Shown: in pieces, positions 1-19,472 of the stretch
Layout of the letters: each line of letters starts with the position of its first letter
Position numbering within the stretch: the stretch's first letter is position 1
Assembly (NCBI RefSeq): GCF_013365495.1
Contig: NZ_CP046580.1
Coordinates: forward strand, 210,001 to 242,000
Direction of reading: 5' to 3'
DNA from: Candidatus Saccharimonadota bacterium
GTDB lineage: Bacteria; Pseudomonadota; Alphaproteobacteria; Rickettsiales; Anaplasmataceae
Length of the DNA stretch: 32,000 nt
Made by a program: the position numbers and the translations under genes
The notes under the pieces: model-generated
What the model was told of the DNA's origin: nothing
Seen by the model: only the letters and a program-made list of their open reading frames with translations
Database searches by the model: none

Positions 1-1
1 T

Positions 2-391
2 GATGTATTTATAATATCTGCGCATAGAACGCCAGAAAGACTTTTTAATTTTGCTAAGTCTGCACAAGAGAAGGGTTATAGAATTATTATAGCTGGTGCG
101 GGAGGAGCAGCTCATTTACCTGGCATGGTGGCGTCACTGACTTATTTACCTGTTATTGGTGTTCCTGTGTGTAGTAAAGAATTGAATGGATTGGATAGTT
201 TGTTATCTATAGTACAGATGCCGAAGGGTGTTCCGGTTTCAACTATGTCTATAGGAGCAAGTGGAGCATATAATGCTGCTATTACTGCTGCATCTATATT
301 GTCAATTTCTAATGGCGAGATTGCGGATAAATTAAGGAAATGGAGGAAGAAACAGACCGATTCAGTGAAGGAAAAACCAATATTATGGTAA
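2..391 (+). CDS. purE: N5-carboxyaminoimidazole ribonucleotide mutase PurE, 3' part (5' end lies upstream of the window)
   Basis: Frame 2 is open from the window edge: [56 protein letters not shown]... It carries the PurE SAHRTP and [10 protein letters not shown] motifs. Stop TAA is at 389-391. The ORF-track Met at 125 is internal. Confidence 0.85.
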   Translation, partial: DVFIISAHRTPERLFNFAKSAQEKGYRIIIAGAGGAAHLPGMVASLTYLPVIGVPVCSKELNGLDSLLSIVQMPKGVPVSTMSIGASGAYNAAITAASILSISNGEIADKLRKWRKKQTDSVKEKPILW

Positions 392-395
392 ACTT

Positions 396-2273
396 ATGGT
401 AATAGTTCTTTTAGATACAAGAACTGTAAATCGTATAGCAGCGGGGGAAGTAATTAATGGTCCAGCAAATATAGTTAAGGAGTTAGTAGAAAATGCAATA
501 GATGCTGGAAGTTCAAAAATAGAGATTAAAGTAGAAAGTGGGGGGCGTAATCTTATTATTGTTACAGATGATGGAGATGGAATAGAGAAGAGTGATTTGA
601 AGCTTGCATTTATGCGCTATGCTACTTCGAAACTGAATGATAGTGAATTAGTAGAAATTAGATATCTTGGTTTTAGAGGAGAAGCGTTGCCATCGATAGC
701 AGCGGTAAGTAGAGTGAGATTATTATCTAGAGCGAGAGGAAGAAATGAAGCATGGTCTATAAGTTATGAAGGTGGAGGAGAGATAATAGAAATTACTCCT
801 TGTTCTTTGCCGCAGGGAACACAAGTTGAAGTTCGTGATTTATTTTTTTCTACTCCAAATAGATTGAAGTTTCTTAAAACTGAGAGAGCAGAAATTCAAA
901 GTATTATTGATATTGTAAATAATTTAGCTATGATTAATTATCATATTGGATTTCATCTTAGCTCAGACAATAAAAAACTTTTAAAATACGTGAAGCAAGC
1001 TTCATTGTTTAATAGATTGTGTGAAATAGAAGAAAAATTTCGAGGTAATACTTTGGAAATTGATGAAGAAAGAGATGGTATCAGACTTACAGGATATGTG
1101 TGTAAGCCGACTATTAATTATGGCAAGTCGACTATGATTTATACATTTGTTAATGGAAGGCCAATTAAAGATAATTTACTTATCGCTGCAATTCGATATG
1201 CATATCATGATTTTATTCCAAACGATAGGTATCCTTTTGTAGTATTGAATTTAGGGGTACCGTATGACCAAGTGGATGTGAATGTACATCCAAATAAATT
1301 AGAGGTGAGGTTTCAGAATAAGAGAGTAATATATGAAATAGTAACGAAAGAGTTGGTAAAGGCATTATCAACGAGAATAGGTGTTTCTAATATTATTTCA
1401 GGCTATGATACAGAGATTTATACTAGATTTCAGCATTCAGTTGCTTCAATAACCAATGGTTTTGTGAGAAATATATTGCCTAGTGCTGCATCTGATGTTC
1501 GTAAAGGACTTTATGGAAAAAAGCCAAAACGTTTCGGAAATTGTTTAGTAGAAGTATTCAATTTATCAAATAGGGAAAAGAAAAGCTTGTCGGAACAACG
1601 GGAACGGTCTGAATCATTTGATTGTGCTAGTGTACAAAAATCTTTGTTACAAACAAAAAATGTGGTTCTCGAAGGTGAGCAAATTAATTTAATTGGGTAT
1701 TATCCTCTAGGATTTGCACGCTGTCAAGTTTATAATATTTATATTATTGCTGAGGCTCAAGATAAATTGATTATAGTTGATCAGCATGCAGCTCATGAGA
1801 GGTTAATTTATGAGTGCTTAAAACAAAGATCAAGAATAAAGAGACAGGAACTGCTTTTTCCTGAAACGATTGAAATTAAGAATCAGGTTGGAATGGAAAT
1901 GATTGAGGCTTATAACGATAAGCTTTTTGAAATGGGTTTTTGTATTGAGATTAGATCAAAAAATGAAATTGTAGTAAGAGAAATTCCTGCAATTTTAGGA
2001 AAAATAGATGTAAAGGAAATGCTAATAAATATAATTGATAGATTAATAGAAATGGAGGATACTTTGCCGATAGAAGAAAAGGTAAACAGAATATTAGCTA
2101 CGATTGCTTGTTATAAGTCTATTAGGTCTGGTAGGGAGATGAAGTTAGAAGAGATGAATATGTTGCTTAGGCAAATGGAAGAAACACCGTATTCTGGACA
2201 ATGTAACCATGGAAGACCGACTTATATAGAGATTAAGCTGAGTGATATTGAAAAATTGTTTGGGCGGAGGTAA
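396..2273 (+). CDS. mutL: DNA mismatch repair protein MutL (endonuclease-type)
   Basis: 625 aa. The N-terminal GHKL ATPase region reads [26 protein letters not shown]...DDGDGI. The C-terminal region has the endonuclease motif [12 protein letters not shown] (DQHA-X2-E-X4-E) and CNHGRP. The ATG lies 4 nt after the purE stop. Confidence 0.95.
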   Translation: MVIVLLDTRTVNRIAAGEVINGPANIVKELVENAIDAGSSKIEIKVESGGRNLIIVTDDGDGIEKSDLKLAFMRYATSKLNDSELVEIRYLGFRGEALPSIAAVSRVRLLSRARGRNEAWSISYEGGGEIIEITPCSLPQGTQVEVRDLFFSTPNRLKFLKTERAEIQSIIDIVNNLAMINYHIGFHLSSDNKKLLKYVKQASLFNRLCEIEEKFRGNTLEIDEERDGIRLTGYVCKPTINYGKSTMIYTFVNGRPIKDNLLIAAIRYAYHDFIPNDRYPFVVLNLGVPYDQVDVNVHPNKLEVRFQNKRVIYEIVTKELVKALSTRIGVSNIISGYDTEIYTRFQHSVASITNGFVRNILPSAASDVRKGLYGKKPKRFGNCLVEVFNLSNREKKSLSEQRERSESFDCASVQKSLLQTKNVVLEGEQINLIGYYPLGFARCQVYNIYIIAEAQDKLIIVDQHAAHERLIYECLKQRSRIKRQELLFPETIEIKNQVGMEMIEAYNDKLFEMGFCIEIRSKNEIVVREIPAILGKIDVKEMLINIIDRLIEMEDTLPIEEKVNRILATIACYKSIRSGREMKLEEMNMLLRQMEETPYSGQCNHGRPTYIEIKLSDIEKLFGRR

Positions 2274-2877
2274 GAGTGAGAAGTTATGTTGAGATAGGCT
2301 TGAGTGTTTCTTTCTGATTACTTTAACTTTAATGTAAAAATATTTGTCTAAAGAATTTAAGTTAGCTATAGAACTACTTAAAAATTTTCTAATGTTCTTT
2401 TATAGAAATGGGGTGTTAGTTATTCTTATAACTATACAAGTTACATAATAAGAGTATTATAAATAGTGGTATATTTAATTTTTCTATATAATTTATACTT
2501 TATGTTATTTTAATTTTTTAAGTGCTTTAAAAATTTTTAGATTAGAGAAATATATTTATGAATTTATTTGGGATAACTAAAATACTAGTTTGAGAGTTTA
2601 GAGAGTAAAGAACTGGCTATTTAAGTTTTTATCTTTTTTTTTGTTAATACTTTTTGTAAAGTATTTATAATAAGTTATCGTTGTAAATGCGTATTTATTT
2701 TGTATAACAAATAGTATTATTTAACATGTAGATTGACTATTTTTTTTATTATATATTAAATTTGAATAATATCGTGAATGCTAATTAAGAGTATAAGTTC
2801 ATGTTTTTTTATATTGAGAATACTTGTTTTTTTAATGAGAGATTGTAATTTTCAATAAATTAGGGGCACATTATAGA

Positions 2878-3756
2878 ATGAAGAGTTTGAAGGAATTGTC
2901 TTTAAGAGTGAAAAATATTAAATCTGTAAAGAAGATTACAAAAATAATGCAGATGGTTTCTGCAGCAAAATTGTTACAGAGTCAAAAAAAGTTATCAAAT
3001 TCAAAATTGTACATATCTAAACTGCATAGTATTATTTTTTCATTATTGGTATTAGTTGATCAAGAATTACTAGTAAAAATTTTAAATATTGATGGTAGTG
3101 GTCCTTATTTAGTATTTATTATTGCTTCTGATCATGGCTTATGTGGCAATTTTAATTTTTCTATTGTGAAATATAGTCAAAAGTATATTAATACATTAAT
3201 TACGGATGGTAGAAAAGTAGATGTTATACTTTGGGGTAAGAAAGCTTTTGAAGTAGGTCAAAATAAATTTATTTATAAAAGTATTTTGAAGGTTGAAAAT
3301 AGTAGAGAAATTACATTAAAGCGTGTAGAATCTTTAGTTGATAGTATTGATCTTAGTAAATATAATAAAGTGAAAGTTTTTTATAATAAATTTTATAATA
3401 CTTTTACACAAAGGCCTGTATTGGAAACAATAAAGCCATGGAATAAAGATTCATCCTTGATTGATAATTCTTTGATTACTCCCACCATGATAGATTATAG
3501 CTATGAATTTGAGCCACAAAAAAATACTGAGTTTGTTTTGCGCTTTTTGATTCGAGATTATGTTGTAGCCGCTCTTTATTCTGCTTTGCTTGAAAGTGTA
3601 GTAAGTGAGAATAGTGCTAGGATGGTTGCGATGGAATCAGCAAATAGAAATACTAAAGAAATATTAAATAAATTAGCTCTGTTTTATAATCGTTCTCGTC
3701 AAGCAGCAATTACGACAGACTTAATTGAGGTGATAAGTGGTGCGGAGTCTTTATAA
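2878..3756 (+). CDS. atpG: F0F1 ATP synthase gamma subunit
   Basis: 292 aa. N-terminus is [29 protein letters not shown] and C-terminus is [22 protein letters not shown], both typical gamma-subunit helices. An AGGGG purine tract lies ~12 nt upstream of the ATG. Confidence 0.9.
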   Translation: MKSLKELSLRVKNIKSVKKITKIMQMVSAAKLLQSQKKLSNSKLYISKLHSIIFSLLVLVDQELLVKILNIDGSGPYLVFIIASDHGLCGNFNFSIVKYSQKYINTLITDGRKVDVILWGKKAFEVGQNKFIYKSILKVENSREITLKRVESLVDSIDLSKYNKVKVFYNKFYNTFTQRPVLETIKPWNKDSSLIDNSLITPTMIDYSYEFEPQKNTEFVLRFLIRDYVVAALYSALLESVVSENSARMVAMESANRNTKEILNKLALFYNRSRQAAITTDLIEVISGAESL

Positions 3757-3775
3757 AATTTGAAGAAGGATAAAG

Positions 3776-5113
3776 ATGGATATACTAAATATTGTAGCAG
3801 ATATTATAAAATTAATAAAGAAGCAAAACCAGGATGCGGAAGTTTTGGTATATGAGACTAGTAAGATTTTAGTTTCTCAACGTTTATCAAAAATTGAACA
3901 AATATCACAGTCTAAAAATTGTACTATAGGAATAAGGGCTATAGTAGGTAAGACTAAAGCTGCATATATTTCTACAAATGATTTAAATAATCTTGATAAT
4001 ACAGTAAATCAAGTAGTAGAAATGGCAAAGAATGCACCAAAGGATCCTTATATTAATTTTGCTGTAGATAAGGATAATTATATTTCTTCTACAGATTTAG
4101 GTATTTTAGATAATACGGTTGTGACTATTGATAATTTGAAAGAACTTGCTGAAGCTGCAGAAAATGCAGCTTTTACATATAGTAAAAAGGTCGTTAATTC
4201 TGAAGGAGCTTCTACTTCGTATTCTTTAGTGAATACAGTGTTATCTACTGTTTCTGGTTTTGTTGGTTTATTTAGTAAATCAATCTTTACTAATTGGGTT
4301 TCTGTTGTTGCTAGAGAAGGAAGTGAAATGAAGGTTGGTTGTGATTATGATATAGTTTGTAATTTTGTTGATTTGAAGTCGCCAAGATTAATAGGAAAAG
4401 AGGCAGCAAAGAGAGCAATTAATCAATTGAATTCACGTTCAATTAAAACTGGAGTTTTTCCAGTTATTTTTGGAAAAAAGGCAGCAAAAGAATTAGTAAA
4501 GATTTTTGCTTCTGCTATAAATGGTAACAATATAGTGGGTAGTAGCTCTTTTTTAAGGAGTAGTTTAAATGCTCAAGTTTTTAATAATAAAATTAATATC
4601 ATTGATGATCCATTGTTACCAAAGGGTATAGAATCAAGACCTTTTGATGGAGAGGGGATAATTAGTAGAAAAAATATATTTGTAAAAAATGGGGTGCTAC
4701 AAAATTGGATTTTGGATTTGTATTCAGCTAAAAAACTAAGCTTAAAAACAACTGGAAATGCGATGCGTGCAAGCAATGCTGCAATTCTTCCTGCAGCCAG
4801 TAATTTTTATATTGAAAATGGTGATTTTTTATTTGAAGAATTGATTAGGGAAGTGAAAAGCGGAGTATATATAACTGAGTTATTTGGTTTTGGTGTTAAT
4901 TTAATTAATGGTGATTATAGTCAAGGTGCATCGGGTTTCTTTGTAGAAAATGGAAGGATAACATATCCAATACATGAAATTACTGTTGCTAGCAATCTAA
5001 AAGATATGTTTGCTAATTTGGTTGTTGCAAATGATTTAACTTTTTGTGGACAATTTAATTCGCCAACAATTAAAGTTGGTAAAATGACAGTTGCAGGTTC
5101 ACTCAGTAATTAA
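3776..5113 (+). CDS. pmbA: PmbA/TldD-family metalloprotease (peptidase U62, PmbA/TldE-like)
   Basis: 445 aa. The C-terminal block SGVYITELFGFGVNLINGDYSQGASGFFVENGRITYPIHEITVASNLKDMFANL matches the conserved PmbA C-terminus. A GAAGAAGGA RBS-like tract precedes the ATG. The start is 19 nt after the atpG stop. Confidence 0.8.
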   Translation: MDILNIVADIIKLIKKQNQDAEVLVYETSKILVSQRLSKIEQISQSKNCTIGIRAIVGKTKAAYISTNDLNNLDNTVNQVVEMAKNAPKDPYINFAVDKDNYISSTDLGILDNTVVTIDNLKELAEAAENAAFTYSKKVVNSEGASTSYSLVNTVLSTVSGFVGLFSKSIFTNWVSVVAREGSEMKVGCDYDIVCNFVDLKSPRLIGKEAAKRAINQLNSRSIKTGVFPVIFGKKAAKELVKIFASAINGNNIVGSSSFLRSSLNAQVFNNKINIIDDPLLPKGIESRPFDGEGIISRKNIFVKNGVLQNWILDLYSAKKLSLKTTGNAMRASNAAILPAASNFYIENGDFLFEELIREVKSGVYITELFGFGVNLINGDYSQGASGFFVENGRITYPIHEITVASNLKDMFANLVVANDLTFCGQFNSPTIKVGKMTVAGSLSN

Positions 5114-5288
5114 AAATTTAGTTGCGTTCAATATAATATTTGTATACTATGATTATATAATGTTAGGATAGACTATGGAGTATGGGAATTGAGTTCTAGT
5201 AATTAGTTTCAGATATTCTTATTATAATTTCAAAGTTTTTCATCACATTAAGCAATTCTAGTTGGTAGTTTTTTTAGGGGTTATTTTA

Positions 5289-5543
5289 ATGGAATTTGGT
5301 AATATAAAGTGGTTTAATGCTGAAAAAGGTTATGGTTTTATTAAGCCAGAAACTAAAGGCAGTGATGTTTTTGTGCATATTAGTACATTAGAGCGTTCAG
5401 GAATAAAGCCTGATTCGCTTAGAGGAGAAAATAAGGAAAAGGGAATAAAGGGGGAAAGAGTGAGTTATGAGCTTAGGGAGGAGCGAGGTAGAAATGGAGA
5501 AGAGAAAAAGTCTGCAATAAATTTAAAATTGTTAGAAGATTAG
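5289..5543 (+). CDS. cspA: Cold-shock domain protein (CspA family) with a charged insertion/extension
   Basis: [32 protein letters not shown] contains the RNP1 (KGYGFI) and RNP2 (VFVH) motifs. I prefer the ATG at 5289, which has AGGGG 8 nt upstream, over the ORF-track TTG at 5262. Confidence 0.8.
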   Translation: MEFGNIKWFNAEKGYGFIKPETKGSDVFVHISTLERSGIKPDSLRGENKEKGIKGERVSYELREERGRNGEEKKSAINLKLLED

Positions 5544-7485
5544 CTTAGTTTTATGATAATGATTTTTAATAAGGTATAATATTTATGTGAGTTAATCTTT
5601 GGTTTTTTTAACGAAATGAGGGGCTTTAGTGTTTATTGCATTTTTATGTAAGAATTACCTAACTAATTGGAGATGGCTGCTTATTTTTAGTGCTCAATCA
5701 ACTTTAGAACAAGCCAGGTGTTGGATAGGTATTTTGGGTTAATATATAATGTAAAACTTTAATGCTTTATAGTGTCAATATTTTTATATTAATGAAATAG
5801 ATTATATATTGAGTATAAGTTTAGGATTAAAGTTTTAAAGATTAAAAAGTACTTTTTAAAAATATAGCAAGTTCTTATTTTGAGTTATCCTGATGACATA
5901 GTCTATTTGTTACCAGTATCTTGATCACTTGGAATATTTTTATTAGAGATGAGTAATAAATTTTTATAGGAGTTAGATAGAAATTATTTATGTTTGAGCT
6001 AAAAAATATATAAACTTATTGTACAATTATGTTAGTGTAAAGGTGATAATTATTTTTGTAAAAATAAAGCAAAAACAGTGGATTAGTTGCTAATTTAATA
6101 TTTAAAGATAATTATAGTGTTTAAATAACCTATGATACTTTTAGATCATAGGTATGAACAGTTATTATTTCTTTGCATGATGATAATTAAATTATGCCTT
6201 GCAATTGGTGCACTTTTAGGTCTTAATAATTTTTGCGTTTAACGTGTGATAATTATTATATTGTACTATAAGTGATAAGCTAATTATATCTATATAAGAA
6301 TAAGATATGATGTATATGTTTTAAAAGTGAGAGAAGATTATTTACTCTTGTAAAGAGTAATGTAAGGTTGTTTTTTCTTGTTTAAGAACTGAAATATATA
6401 AGGATAAAAAAAGGTTGATATACTTATGGTACTTGATAGATAATACAAGAAGAGAATTAATGAGTATGCTATCAATTTATTTAATTTAGGCTATTTTATG
6501 TAAAATACCTAAGTTATCTTTTTAAGGATATTGTATCTCTTTAATAATTTTATATTTAAAGAAGTTTTTTGTATAATTTATTAAGGAAGTGAGATAATAT
6601 TTTCCTAGATAAGAAAGATTATCTATCTAAAAAGTATTCTGTAATGTTTAGTAATAGTAAAGTCATACTTATAAGGTTTTATTTATATTGTTTGAAGAAA
6701 GTATATAATTAAATATATTTTTATACTAAGAATTAGTACGGGGATTATTTTTTACTATTAAAATTTATATTTATAACCTAGTTTGAAAAACCATTGTAAG
6801 ACAAAATATTATGTAAAAATTATCATTAGAAACGCAATTTCTCTTTATCAGTGATTTCTATTTTATTTCATTTGATAAAATAAAATTTTATATCTAAATC
6901 AAATAATACAAGAGTGGGTAAATGCAACCTTTATATATACTTGTTTTATATGTATCTTGCTGCCAATTTTTTTACTTAGATTAATAATTTTAATTATCGT
7001 ATATATTATATTTTGTAGTGGATAAATATAAATTAACTTTTTTTATTTATCTTACTTAGAGTAGCCTTTTTATTATGTATTATGGTATGAATTTTCTTTG
7101 TATTGGGGATTATACATACTTTAAATGAATAGTTTACTAATTTAGTTAATTAATTTTGTTTTTTATATGTTTTTGTTAAAAAATAAATGTTGCCTTTAAG
7201 CTGAAGAGCTACTTACATTCAGAAATTACTTATTTAAATAGTCATAATAAAAAAATAGATTTCTTTTTTGTATTTTGAAAATACTTGCTAATTCAGATAA
7301 TGAGGCTACACTATCTCTTTAAAGATAAAAGATCTTTTTTATGGCAAGATGATACAGATTCTTATTACTTTTTTTTATTTTTCTGGTAGAAATTCTTAAG
7401 AAGAGTTGTTTTTGTTTACTTTTTTTAAAAAAAGTAGTTTTTGGTAGTGTGTTTTTTGCTTGGATAAATGGGAATTAGCTAGAGG

Positions 7486-8277
7486 CTAGTTATAAGGAGG
7501 AAAATGCCAGTTCTTAGGTGATAATGTGAAGATTTCTACACCGTCTTTTGTTACTCCAAGTGTGTGTTCGAATTGTGCAGAAAGTGAAAGGTCGCATGTT
7601 GTTACTGTCCAACCATCAAGTTCATTAAGTAGGGTTTCGTGTCTTCCAGCATTTATCATAGGTTCTATTGTAAAAAACATGCCTTCTTTTAAGATGAGAT
7701 TATCATTTTTATCATAAAAATGTAGTATATTTGGTAGGGCATGAAAAACTTTTCCTATACCATGTCCACAATAGTTACGTACTATAGAATATCTAAAATT
7801 TTCAATATATTTTTCTATAGCAAGTCCTATTTTATTCAATTTATTACCAGGTTTAACTTGTTTGATTGCTTCCATTAATGCTCCATAAGTAGCATTGCAT
7901 AAGCGTCTTGCTTTTATTGATGGTTTACCAACCCAAAACATTCGGCTTGTATCACCATGCCACCCATCCAAAATTACTGTGACATCTATATTTAAAATAT
8001 CTCCGTTCTTAAGTGGTTTATCATCTGGAATGCCATGACAAACTACAGCATTTTTTGATGTACAGATTGATTTTGGGTATCCTTTATAATTGAGTGGGGC
8101 TGGAATTGCACCTGCTTTAGTGATAAAGCCATGACATAAGTCATTTAGTTCATTGGTTGTTATTCCTGCTTTTACGTATGGTGTGGTGAAATCAAGAGTT
8201 TCAGCTGCTAATCTGCCAGCTTTGCGCATAAAATTAAAATCTTTTTGTGAATGTATAGTTATATTCATATTTTCCAT
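7486..8277 (-). CDS. map: Methionine aminopeptidase, type I
   Basis: 263 aa with the type I MetAP blocks VVCHGIP, NIDVTVILDGWHGDTS, CGHGIG, FTIEPM and AQFEHT (metal-ligand positions). Confidence 0.95.
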   Translation of the reverse strand: MENMNITIHSQKDFNFMRKAGRLAAETLDFTTPYVKAGITTNELNDLCHGFITKAGAIPAPLNYKGYPKSICTSKNAVVCHGIPDDKPLKNGDILNIDVTVILDGWHGDTSRMFWVGKPSIKARRLCNATYGALMEAIKQVKPGNKLNKIGLAIEKYIENFRYSIVRNYCGHGIGKVFHALPNILHFYDKNDNLILKEGMFFTIEPMINAGRHETLLNELDGWTVTTCDLSLSAQFEHTLGVTKDGVEIFTLSPKNWHFPPYN

Positions 8278-8823
8278 TGTTAATTATCATAATATTTTAT
8301 ATAAAATTAATAGTTTTACTTATAGTCTACCAGAGTAAAGTGTCATAAAGTTTACTGTCAAGAGTATAAATTTTGAATATTTGGTATATTTATACCTGAA
8401 ACCTAGTGTTGTGATATAAGTTGTATGTATTAAGTTGAGATAACCATTTGAAATGATAATTAAAAAATATGGATAAAAGAAAAAAAGAGCATGCTGATTT
8501 TAATTAGTACTCACTCCTGTGATAGAAAGGTTAATATGCGTTTCAATTTAATAGTAAATATGAAAAAATTATATATTTATCAATTTAGTAAAATATATAG
8601 TATAAATGATTTAGTGCATTAAGCATGTACAGTAAACTACTATTTAGAGTAAGTAGATTAGATTTACTTTTTAAAAAGGTTTTTTTTGTAGTTTATTTAA
8701 TAGTTTTATAAACTTGTTACTTCAATTTATTAACAGGGGATGTATAAAAACTGCATAGTAATAATTTTATATCCTATAGATAGTATAATTGAAATATTAT
8801 TTTGGTGGGCAGAGTATGTCTAT

Positions 8824-17352
<8,529 letters not shown>

Positions 17353-17407
17353 TCAAACTAACTAAAAAATGCTAATCAATATAGAATTAATATATTAAAA
17401 TAAGCAT

Positions 17408-17833
<426 letters not shown>

Positions 17834-18355
17834 TTATTTTTTAGAACTATAATAACTCAATGCTCTTATAAGTCTTATAAAAGGTGAGTTAATGGATGAC
17901 ATTAATCGAGCAGAAATATTATAGGATATTAAATGCATAATTTTAATATATAATTCATCTAGAGAAGGTAGCTTAGCTAACTTATAGAAATCTTCAACTG
18001 TAAATATTTGATTTAAATAAGTTGCACAGATTATAGACATTTTTTCTTTATTGGCATCAGTAAAATTAGCTATTAGCTTTGCAGTTTTTACTACTATATC
18101 ACTAGAGTATATAACAGCAACTGGACCAGAAAATCTATCTGATAGATAAGAAAACTTATTAACCTTTTCTAAAGCTAAACGAACTAAAGTGTTTTTAACT
18201 ACTAGCATTCCACTTGCTGCAGATTTTACTTTATTTCTCAAAGTTAATAAATCATTAGCATTTATAGATTTAAAATTCACTAATATTAAGAAATTATTAT
18301 TTATAAATACGTTTATTATGTTTTGTATTAACTCATTTTTGCTTTCACGCTTCAC
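17834..18355 (-). CDS. rplJ: 50S ribosomal protein L10
   Basis: 173 aa with GTG start. It sits between rplA and rplL, and GMLVVKNTLVRLAL is typical of L10. Confidence 0.88.
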   Translation of the reverse strand: MKRESKNELIQNIINVFINNNFLILVNFKSINANDLLTLRNKVKSAASGMLVVKNTLVRLALEKVNKFSYLSDRFSGPVAVIYSSDIVVKTAKLIANFTDANKEKMSIICATYLNQIFTVEDFYKLAKLPSLDELYIKIMHLISYNISARLMSSINSPFIRLIRALSYYSSKK

Positions 18356-18362
18356 TACTATA

Positions 18363-19025
18363 TTACTCCCTAATTATATCCTCTATTTTGCTTATTTTGT
18401 ACGCTTTACCCATAGTTGAACTTAAAAAAACTTTTTTAAAATACACTCCTTTTGTAGAAACAGGTTTATTATTTTTGATTTCTTTAAGAAAAGCTTGTAA
18501 ATTTTCTAGCAAGTCATCGACGCTAAACTTAATATTTCCTAATTTACCGTGAATGATCCCATTTTTATCTGTTTTAAATTTTACTTGACCAGACTTGATA
18601 GCTTTAATAGCTTCTGCAATGTTAGAAGTTACAGTGCCAAATTTAGGATTAGGCATTAATCCTTTAGCACTTAACATTTTTGCGATGGGAGTAATTTTTG
18701 CTATAAAATCAGGAGTTGTGATACACCAGTCAACATTTAGCTTTTTATTACCTTTTTTTATTTCTGTAATTAAATCTTCTCCTCCTATGATATCAGCATT
18801 AACTTTTTTAGCTTCTGATAAATGATTACCTTGAGCAAAAACAGCTACTTTAATATCTTTTCCAATACCTTTAGGCAAAATTACTGTGCCACGTATTTGC
18901 TCTTCAGATTTATGTAGATCTATACCTAAATTAACTGTAATATCAACTGATTCATTAAACTTTGCTGAAGCAGATTCAATGATTTTTTCTAAGCATTGTC
19001 TAGAATTGTCATAATGTGTTTTCAT
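18363..19025 (-). CDS. rplA: 50S ribosomal protein L1
   Basis: 220 aa. [34 protein letters not shown] and [12 protein letters not shown] are L1 signature blocks. Confidence 0.95.
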   Translation of the reverse strand: MKTHYDNSRQCLEKIIESASAKFNESVDITVNLGIDLHKSEEQIRGTVILPKGIGKDIKVAVFAQGNHLSEAKKVNADIIGGEDLITEIKKGNKKLNVDWCITTPDFIAKITPIAKMLSAKGLMPNPKFGTVTSNIAEAIKAIKSGQVKFKTDKNGIIHGKLGNIKFSVDDLLENLQAFLKEIKNNKPVSTKGVYFKKVFLSSTMGKAYKISKIEDIIRE

Positions 19026-19029
19026 ATTT

Positions 19030-19470
19030 TTAACCTTCTATAACTTCTATACCCATAGATTTAGCAGTACCAATGACCATTTTCACTGCTGAACTTTCAT
19101 TATTTACTTTCATGTCAACCATTTTGTATCTCGCTATCTTAATTATAGCTGACATAGTCAATTTAGCCATTAATTCTTTGCTTGGTTCACGAGAACCTTT
19201 GTTTAATTTAGCTTCTTGCTTAAGGAGGTAAGTGACAGGTGGACCACTAATAGTAAAATCATGGGAACGATCATCCTTTATGAAAATTCGTGCTGTTACT
19301 AAGTCCCCTATCTTATAATTAGCATTAGTTATACTAGTCATTTTATTGAATGTCTCGCAGAATTTAGGAATTGATATGCCTCGTGGGCCAAGTACTGAAG
19401 CAATTTTTGGACCAGGAACTGCTCTTCCTGCTTCCATTATTAAATTAATTGTAGCAATTATGACACTCAT
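19030..19470 (-). CDS. rplK: 50S ribosomal protein L11
   Basis: 146 aa. [29 protein letters not shown] is an L11 N-terminal-domain signature. Confidence 0.95.
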   Translation of the reverse strand: MSVIIATINLIMEAGRAVPGPKIASVLGPRGISIPKFCETFNKMTSITNANYKIGDLVTARIFIKDDRSHDFTISGPPVTYLLKQEAKLNKGSREPSKELMAKLTMSAIIKIARYKMVDMKVNNESSAVKMVIGTAKSMGIEVIEG

Positions 19471-19472
19471 AT

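Noticed and set aside
4573-4776. 67-aa minus-strand ORF inside pmbA.
   Set aside because: It is antisense to a well-supported CDS and has no motifs.
5262-5288. The TTG start at 5262, giving a 9-residue N-terminal extension (MVVFLGVIL) on the cold-shock protein.
   Set aside because: The ATG at 5289 has an AGGGG tract 8 nt upstream, and it yields the canonical Csp N-terminus immediately before KWFN.
7526-8338. Two plus-strand ORFs (7526-7717 and 8153-8338) overlapping map.
   Set aside because: They are antisense to map. The second merely runs out into the spacer.
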